From Clostridia bacterium (lineage in GTDB: Bacteria; Bacillota; Clostridia; HGM11514), in assembly GCA_045586685.1 (NCBI GenBank), contig JAZNAU010000042.1:1-64000 (forward strand): a DNA stretch of 64,000 nucleotides. The letters are read 5' to 3'. The notes beneath the pieces are model-generated. The model saw only the letters and a program-made list of their open reading frames with translations, was not told the DNA's origin and did not search any database. Numbering within the stretch: the first letter of the stretch is position 1; the number at the start of each line of letters is the position of its first letter. Position numbers and translations under genes: made by a program. Below, one piece after another: positions 57,573 through 64,000 of this stretch.

Positions 57573-60179
57573 TTAACCTTTCAATTTTTGTTGCATTTGA
57601 TACAAACAATTCATTGCCTCGATGGGTGACATGGTAGACACATCTAAGGTTTTCAACTGTTCCAGCACTTCCATGCTTCCCAAATCTTCAAGTCCCATTT
57701 GCATTTTCGGTTCTTCCTCCACCTTAGGCAAGGAGTTGCTTTCGGACTTTCCTTCCTCTAACGAGGCAAGAATTTTCTTCGCCCGTTTTAACACATTGGA
57801 AGGTACGCCCGCAAGCTTTGCTACTTCAATTCCAAAGCTATCATCTGCACCGCCGGAAATAATTTTTCGCAAAAATACCACATCATCTCCCCGTTTTTTC
57901 ACTGCAATACAGTAGTTTTTTACACCGGGCAGCTTGTGTTCCTGCTCCCTCAGTTCGTGATAATGAGTGGCAAACAAGGTTTTTGCTCCTAACAATTTTG
58001 GGTCCACCACATGTTCAATGACCGCCCATGCAATAGAAAGCCCGTCAAAGGTACTGGTTCCTCTGCCAATTTCATCTAATATTAACAAACTTTTTGGGGT
58101 GGCATTTTGTAAAATATACGCCACCTCGCTCATTTCCACCATAAAGGTACTTCGTCCCGACGAAATATCATCCGACGCACCCACACGGGTGAAAATTTTA
58201 TCAACCACACCGATTTGCGCTGATGCAGCCGGAACAAAAGAACCAATCTGAGCCATCAGAGTAATCAACGCTACCTGACGCATATAAGTGGATTTTCCCG
58301 CCATATTAGGTCCTGTAATCATAGCAAGACGATTTTCGTTTCTGTCCAGCAATGTATCGTTAGGAACAAACAAATTAGTTCGTTGCATTTGCTCTACCAC
58401 AGGATGGCGTCCGTCACGAATTACAATTTTATCCGACAAATTGATTTCGGGCATACAGTAATTATTTTCTGATGCCACTGCCGCCAGAGAACAAAGGCAA
58501 TCAGTGACAGCCACAGCCTGAATGGTTCTTTGAATCCTTGGCAAATTGCTTTCAATGGTGCCAAGAAGTTGCTCAAACAACTCATACTCCAAAGCCGCAA
58601 TCCGTTCTCCTGCACTTAATATAGTATCCTCCAGCTTTTTCAGTTCATCGGTAATATACCGCTCACAGTTAGCCAGAGTTTGTTTTCTGATATAATGTTC
58701 GGGTACCTTATCCTGAAAAGACTTGGTAACCTCTATGTAGTAACCGAAAACTTTATTATATCCTGTTTTTAAATTCTTAATTCCCGTCCGTTCCCGCTCC
58801 GTCTGCTCAAGCTCGTTTATCCACTGCTTGCCGCTTTTCATTGCCTGACGGTACTTGTCCACCTGTTCATGATATCCCTCTTTTATCATGCCTCCTTCTC
58901 TGACTGAAAAAGGAGGTTCATCAGCTACAGCACGTTCCAGAAGGAAATATAAATCCTCCAAAGTGTCCAACTCTTGAAATTGCTCTGCGACCAAAGTGCT
59001 TTTACTGTTTTCCAAAAATTGCTTAATTTTTGGAAGAACTTGTATAGAATAACGAAAGGAAACCAAATCACGGGCATTGGCTGTTTTATAAGAAATTTTA
59101 CTCATCAGCCGTTCAATATCCAACATCCCTTTTAGTATCCGCATCAATTCCTGACGGCGAATGCTATCCGAAAACAATTCCTCTACGCCGTTTAATCGCT
59201 TACGGATGGAAACACAGTTAATCAAAGGTCTTTCCAGCCACTTCCGAAGAAGTCTTGCTCCCATGGCGGTGCCTGTCTGGTCAAGGACAGAAAGCAAAGA
59301 CCCCGCCTTGCTCTTTTCCCGCATGGTTTCGGTGATTTCAAGATTTCGACGGGTGTTCAAATCCAACTCCATAAACTCCCCGTCTGTATAAAAGTGAATT
59401 TCACGGATATGCTCCAATGAAACTTTCTGGGTTTCTTGCAAAAAACCAAACATGGCACCGCAGGCACGCAGGGTATATTGTTGCTCCTCTAACCCGATGC
59501 TTGCAAAATTATTGGTATGAAACTGCTGTTCCAGTGCCAATTTTGCCTGTTCTAAAGAAAAACACTCCGAATCCAGATATCCCACACGAAGCCCAAACCG
59601 TTCCTCAACAAAGGCGGAAAAGTGTGTTTCATCCGAACAACCTGCATTCACCAGCAATTCACTGGGATGATATCTGCCGATTTCGTTATAAATACGGAAC
59701 AAATATCCGTCTCCTTCAAATCGGGTAGCAGAAATTTCGCCGGTAGTAATATCGCCGAATGCAATACCGCCGCCCTTTTCATCACGATAGATGCAACACA
59801 GATAATTGTTCTTTTTTTCATCCAGAACATTGGTATCAATCAACGTCCCCGGACTTACCACACGAATAATTTCCCGTCTGACAATTCCCTTTGTGGTTTT
59901 AGGGTCCTCCACTTGTTCGCAGATGGCAACCTTATACCCCTTTGCAATCAGACGGGCAATATAGGCGTCTGCCGAATGGAAGGGCACACCGCACATGGGG
60001 GCACGGGTTTCCAGTCCGCAATCACGCCCTGTTAATGTAATTTCCAGTTCTTTGGAGGCAATCTCAGCGTCACGGAAAAACATTTCGTAAAAATCACCCA
60101 GACGGAAGAATAAAATTGCATCTTCGTTTGCCTGCTTTACTTCCATATATTGTTTCATCATTGGTGAGAGTTCTGCCAT
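57573..60179 (-). CDS. mutS: DNA mismatch repair protein MutS
   Basis: GDFYEMF, TGPNMAGKST, STFMVEM, DEIGRGTS, ATHYHEL. Confidence 0.99.
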   Translation of the reverse strand: MAELSPMMKQYMEVKQANEDAILFFRLGDFYEMFFRDAEIASKELEITLTGRDCGLETRAPMCGVPFHSADAYIARLIAKGYKVAICEQVEDPKTTKGIVRREIIRVVSPGTLIDTNVLDEKKNNYLCCIYRDEKGGGIAFGDITTGEISATRFEGDGYLFRIYNEIGRYHPSELLVNAGCSDETHFSAFVEERFGLRVGYLDSECFSLEQAKLALEQQFHTNNFASIGLEEQQYTLRACGAMFGFLQETQKVSLEHIREIHFYTDGEFMELDLNTRRNLEITETMREKSKAGSLLSVLDQTGTAMGARLLRKWLERPLINCVSIRKRLNGVEELFSDSIRRQELMRILKGMLDIERLMSKISYKTANARDLVSFRYSIQVLPKIKQFLENSKSTLVAEQFQELDTLEDLYFLLERAVADEPPFSVREGGMIKEGYHEQVDKYRQAMKSGKQWINELEQTERERTGIKNLKTGYNKVFGYYIEVTKSFQDKVPEHYIRKQTLANCERYITDELKKLEDTILSAGERIAALEYELFEQLLGTIESNLPRIQRTIQAVAVTDCLCSLAAVASENNYCMPEINLSDKIVIRDGRHPVVEQMQRTNLFVPNDTLLDRNENRLAMITGPNMAGKSTYMRQVALITLMAQIGSFVPAASAQIGVVDKIFTRVGASDDISSGRSTFMVEMSEVAYILQNATPKSLLILDEIGRGTSTFDGLSIAWAVIEHVVDPKLLGAKTLFATHYHELREQEHKLPGVKNYCIAVKKRGDDVVFLRKIISGGADDSFGIEVAKLAGVPSNVLKRAKKILASLEEGKSESNSLPKVEEEPKMQMGLEDLGSMEVLEQLKTLDVSTMSPIEAMNCLYQMQQKLKG

Positions 60180-60209
60180 TTCTTCCGCCTCCTTTTTCTT
60201 TTTTTACGA

Positions 60210-60596
60210 TTAGTGACAGCCTCCGCAACTTTCGCAACTGCCGCTGCAACCGCTATTTCCTTGGGGAACCACATGCTGTGCAATCAAGGTGTTAATTTTT
60301 TTCATCAACGCATCAAATGCCTGCTGGGTGTAAATATATTCCTTAATGGTAGGATTTTCGTTTAGCTTTTGATATTCTGCCGTAAGCTTTTCTTTATATT
60401 CCTCCATTTCTTCCTTGGTAGGTTCCCCCATTCTGACCTTCATGGAAAATTCGTTGGTCAGTTCGTTATAGGCAGCAAGCTGTGCCTGAGCAGCCTCATC
60501 TGCCAGCTGAGCTTCTTCTGCCTTTTTCATGCTTACATATTCATCACTTTGGGCAATCAGTTTTCCTAAAAGTGACGCTTGTTCCAAAATATCCAT
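60210..60596 (-). CDS. YlbF/YmcA (Com_YlbF) family regulator with Cys-rich tail
   Basis: Helical YlbF-like pattern; C-terminal GCSGSCESCGGCH; miaB-X-mutS synteny. Confidence 0.8.
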   Translation of the reverse strand: MDILEQASLLGKLIAQSDEYVSMKKAEEAQLADEAAQAQLAAYNELTNEFSMKVRMGEPTKEEMEEYKEKLTAEYQKLNENPTIKEYIYTQQAFDALMKKINTLIAQHVVPQGNSGCSGSCESCGGCH

Positions 60597-60597
60597 T

Positions 60598-62001
60598 TTA
60601 ATAGCTCCTTTCGCCAATCAGAGACCAGGTTTGTGCCTCTGTTACTGTTACATTTATATATTGTCCTGTCAGTTCCTCTGACCCTTTTAAATGAACCAAT
60701 TTATTTCCTTCTGTCCGTCCGGCAAGCATGGAACTCTCATGCTTTGCCTTTCCTTCAATCAGAAGCTCAAAGGTTTTTCCCACATAGCTTTCGTTGATTT
60801 CTCTGGAAATACGGTTTTGCAACTCTAATAATTTCCCAAATCGTCTTGATTTATCCTCTTCCGTTGCCAAATCCTCCATGGTTGCCGCAGGTGTTCCGTG
60901 CCGTTTGGAATAAATAAAAGTAAACAAACTGTCAAAGCGCACGTGCTCCACCAGTGACAGGGTATCCTCAAACTCTTCCTCCGTTTCTCCGGGAAAGCCT
61001 ACAATCACATCACTGCTTAACACCACATGGGGAAGATAAGAACGAACCATATCAATCAGTCCTAAATAATGTTCTCGGGTATATTTCCGATTCATTTCTT
61101 TCAGCACACGGTTATTCCCCGACTGAAAAGGCAAATGAAGCTGATTGCAAATGTTGGGAAATTCCGCCATCGTCCGAATCAGTTTTTCACTGATATCCTT
61201 AGGATGAGAGGTCATAAAACGAATTCTGCGAAGGTTAGGCGTTTGTGCCACCTGGGAAAGCAAATCGGCAAAATCACAACCACCCTTATAAGAATTGACA
61301 TTCTGCCCCAACAGCATAATTTCACTGATGCCGGACTCTACTGTCTGTCTGACTTCCGAAAGCACGTCCTCCCTGTCACGGCTACGCTCCCGTCCTCTTA
61401 CATAAGGTACAATACAGTAAGAACAAAAATTATTACAGCCATACATGACCGATACACCTGCTTTTACAGGGTTGTCCCGCAAAATAGGTAAATCTTCTGC
61501 AATGGCTCCGTCTGAGCATTCCGAATCAAACACCCTTTCCTCATGATAAGAACGATACAGTATTTCAGGAAAACGATACAAGGCATGAGTGCCAAACACC
61601 ATATCCACGTGAGGATATTTTCGTTTAATGGTCTCAGCAACCAAATTCTGCTGGGTCATACATCCGCACAGGGCAATTTTCAATGAAGGCTTTCGTCGTT
61701 TGTGATGTTTCAAAGCCCCCACCTTACCATACACTTTCAGCTCTGCATTTTCCCGTACTGCACAGGTATTAAACACAATCAAATCTGCCTGATTCAAGTC
61801 GTCTGTAAACAGAAAGCCCATTTCCTTCAGCATTCCGCAGATTCTTCTGGAATCATTTTCATTTTGCTGACATCCATAGGTCTGAACACACGCCATCCTG
61901 CCCCTCAGAGAAAGGTCTGCCACCTGTTGCATATACTGTTTTTGACGGTCAATTTCCTGTGCTGAAATATGCTGACTTTGTGCATTTTTCTGTTCTGCCA
62001 T
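60598..62001 (-). CDS. miaB: tRNA-2-methylthio-N6-dimethylallyladenosine synthase
   Basis: TYGCQQN, NTCAVRE, CNNFCSYC radical-SAM motif, TRAM domain. Confidence 0.97.
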   Translation of the reverse strand: MAEQKNAQSQHISAQEIDRQKQYMQQVADLSLRGRMACVQTYGCQQNENDSRRICGMLKEMGFLFTDDLNQADLIVFNTCAVRENAELKVYGKVGALKHHKRRKPSLKIALCGCMTQQNLVAETIKRKYPHVDMVFGTHALYRFPEILYRSYHEERVFDSECSDGAIAEDLPILRDNPVKAGVSVMYGCNNFCSYCIVPYVRGRERSRDREDVLSEVRQTVESGISEIMLLGQNVNSYKGGCDFADLLSQVAQTPNLRRIRFMTSHPKDISEKLIRTMAEFPNICNQLHLPFQSGNNRVLKEMNRKYTREHYLGLIDMVRSYLPHVVLSSDVIVGFPGETEEEFEDTLSLVEHVRFDSLFTFIYSKRHGTPAATMEDLATEEDKSRRFGKLLELQNRISREINESYVGKTFELLIEGKAKHESSMLAGRTEGNKLVHLKGSEELTGQYINVTVTEAQTWSLIGERSY

Positions 62002-62057
62002 AGCTGACTCCCTTTCCTATCATACTTTTCCTGAGCATAATACCCCAGTATCCTTTA

Positions 62058-62086
62058 ATTATACCTTTTTCTTTGGATTCTGTCAA
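62058..62086 (-). promoter_or_regulatory. miaB operon promoter
   Basis: TTGACA-17 nt-TATAAT. Confidence 0.75.
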
Positions 62087-62160
62087 TGGTTTTTGGATGG
62101 AAATTCGGAAAAAGAACAAAAAAATTTTTTCTTATTTTCTATTTCTTTTTTAGATAACAC

Positions 62161-62189
62161 TTGCTTTTTTTTATAATTTTCGATATAAT
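62161..62189 (+). promoter_or_regulatory. ttcA-galU promoter
   Basis: TTGCTT-17 nt-TATAAT. Confidence 0.6.
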
Positions 62190-62211
62190 AGAGGTAGAAA
62201 GGATGGAAATA

Positions 62212-62958
62212 ATGAAACATTTGTTAAGTCATGTCCGCCGATGCGTGGAGGACTATGATATGATTCAGACCGGCGATCGGATTACAGTGGGTATTTCGGG
62301 GGGAAAAGATTCTCTTTGTCTGCTCTATGCCTTAGCCAATCTGAGACGGTTTTATCCAAACAAATTTGACCTTGAGGCAATAACACTGGATATGGGTTTT
62401 GAGGGACTTGATTTTTCCAAAATTCAAGCTTTGTGTGATACTTTAGAGGTGCCCTATACCGTGGTCAAAACGGATATTGCACCCATTATTTTTGAAGCAA
62501 GACAGGAATCCAACCCCTGTTCCCTTTGTGCTAAAATGCGTCGGGGAGCACTTCACGATGCAGCACTGGCAAAGGGGTGTAAAAAGGTAGCGTTGGGACA
62601 TCACTTTGACGATGCAGTGGAAACCTTCTGCCTCAGTTTGTTTTTTGAGGGAAGAATCAACTGTTTCTCCCCTGTCACATTTCTTGACAGAAAGGGCATT
62701 ACTTTGATTCGTCCCATGCTTTATTTACACGAACGGGAAGTGGTTAACCTAAAAGAAAAATACAGTTTCCCGGTAGTACGTAACCCTTGCCCCGTAGACG
62801 GGCACACAAAACGGCAGTATATCAAAGATACACTTCGAAATTTAGAACGGGAAAATCCGGGATTACGGGATCGATTTTTCGGAGCCATTCAACGTTCTGA
62901 ATTAGAAGGTTGGAAACCGGTCAGAACAGAAAAAAGGAGGAAAAAATATGAAAGTTAG
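62212..62958 (+). CDS. ttcA: tRNA 2-thiocytidine biosynthesis TtcA family protein
   Basis: SGGKDS PP-loop, [23 protein letters not shown]. Confidence 0.9.
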   Translation: MKHLLSHVRRCVEDYDMIQTGDRITVGISGGKDSLCLLYALANLRRFYPNKFDLEAITLDMGFEGLDFSKIQALCDTLEVPYTVVKTDIAPIIFEARQESNPCSLCAKMRRGALHDAALAKGCKKVALGHHFDDAVETFCLSLFFEGRINCFSPVTFLDRKGITLIRPMLYLHEREVVNLKEKYSFPVVRNPCPVDGHTKRQYIKDTLRNLERENPGLRDRFFGAIQRSELEGWKPVRTEKRRKKYES

Positions 62959-63814
62959 AAAAGCAGTCATTCCCGCAGCAGGTCTGGGAACAAGATTTTT
63001 ACCTGCCACCAAAGCACAGCCAAAGGAAATGCTCCCTATTGTGGACAAACCCACGATTCAGTATATTATTGAAGAGGCGGTCCGTTCGGGAATTGAAGAC
63101 ATTATTATCGTAACCGGAAGAAGCAAACGTGCCATCGAAGATCATTTTGACAAATCTTATGAACTTGAGGTAGAGCTTTCAAAAGGACAGAAACAGGAAC
63201 TGCTTTCTCTTGTACAGGATATTTCCCGACTGGCAAACATTTACTATATTCGTCAGAAGGAGCCTCTGGGACTTGGTCATGCCATTTACTGTGCCAAAAC
63301 CTTTGTGGGAAATGAACCTTTTGCAGTTTTATTAGGCGACGATGTGGTTGACGCACCTGAAAAGCCCTGTTTAAAGCAGATGATAGAAGTATTTGACCAG
63401 TATCAGACATCAGTTTTAGGGGTACAGACCGTTCCCCGTCAGGACACCAACAAATACGGTATTGTCGCAGGAAGCCAAATTTCAGAACGAATTTATAAAG
63501 TAGATACTTTGGTAGAAAAACCAAAAGTGGAGGAAGCGCCCTCCAACATTGCAATTTTGGGTCGCTATATCATTACCCCCGAAATTTTTACCGAATTGGA
63601 GCAAACCACTCCCGGTGCAGGCGGTGAAATTCAGCTGACAGATGCACTGCTTCGTCTGGCACAAAAGCAATGCATTTATGCCTATGATTTCATGGGCAGA
63701 CGGTATGATGTAGGAAACAAGGAAGGTTTCTTGGAAGCCACCGTGGAATTTGCATTAAAACGGGAAGATTTAAGGGACGAATTTCTGGCTTATCTGAAAA
63801 GTCTTTCTCTGTAA
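62948..63814 (+). CDS. galU: UTP--glucose-1-phosphate uridylyltransferase
   Basis: [34 protein letters not shown]. Confidence 0.98.
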   Translation: MKVRKAVIPAAGLGTRFLPATKAQPKEMLPIVDKPTIQYIIEEAVRSGIEDIIIVTGRSKRAIEDHFDKSYELEVELSKGQKQELLSLVQDISRLANIYYIRQKEPLGLGHAIYCAKTFVGNEPFAVLLGDDVVDAPEKPCLKQMIEVFDQYQTSVLGVQTVPRQDTNKYGIVAGSQISERIYKVDTLVEKPKVEEAPSNIAILGRYIITPEIFTELEQTTPGAGGEIQLTDALLRLAQKQCIYAYDFMGRRYDVGNKEGFLEATVEFALKREDLRDEFLAYLKSLSL

Positions 63815-63828
63815 AGCAATACAACTAC

Positions 63829-63868
63829 AAAAAAGTGTCAAGGAAACTATTTCCTTGACACTTTTTTT
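63829..63868. terminator. Bidirectional intrinsic terminator
   Basis: AAAAAAGTGTCAAGGAAA-CTA-TTTCCTTGACACTTTTTT. Confidence 0.85.
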
Positions 63869-64000
63869 ACCAGACAGATATCCGCTCTGTAGGGGGAACA
63901 TACATCCCATCCCCCGGCTGAATATCAAATGCTTTGTAAAATTCCTCAAAATTCACCACAACACGGTTAACGCGCAGATTTTCTGCTGCATGAACATCAT
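63867..64000 (-). CDS. C-terminal end of an M13 family (PepO/neprilysin-like) metallopeptidase, continues beyond window
   Basis: Minus strand translates DVHAAENLRVNRVVVNFEEFYKAFDIQPGDGMYVPPTERISVW-stop. Confidence 0.85.
   Translation of the reverse strand, partial: DVHAAENLRVNRVVVNFEEFYKAFDIQPGDGMYVPPTERISVW

Overview
A 64-kb chromosomal window from a low-GC Gram-positive anaerobe (Bacillota/Clostridia by gene content and synteny). Most of it is housekeeping DNA on the minus strand: ylxM-ffh-rpsP-khpA-rimM-trmD, guaB, T-box-controlled trpB, recG-fakA, trmR-U32, thyX-tmk, rpmG-secE-nusG-rplK-rplA, and a long miaB-mutS-mutL-miaA-hfq-yggS-sepF-ileS-lspA-rluD-rlmD run. It also carries an MBOAT O-acylation pair and an fprA-rubredoxin-zupT unit. 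I recognised no rRNA, tRNA, CRISPR array, transposase or integrase. The most unusual feature is a ~185-bp mirror-symmetric element at 34355-34540: four ATGAATT copies then four AATTCAT copies, separated by different short hairpins. It lies between a consensus sigma-A promoter and a four-helix-bundle (Avd-like) gene, which is followed by a truncated nuclease-like ORF. Other candidates are an A13 tract that puts the conserved C-terminus of an ImmR-like repressor out of frame, an unannotated Ser-rich uORF ahead of mgtE, a DHHW-SGNH-DUF4358 triple fusion, a degenerate LCP protein and a stand-alone trpB. All family assignments come from motifs recognised by eye; no searches were run.
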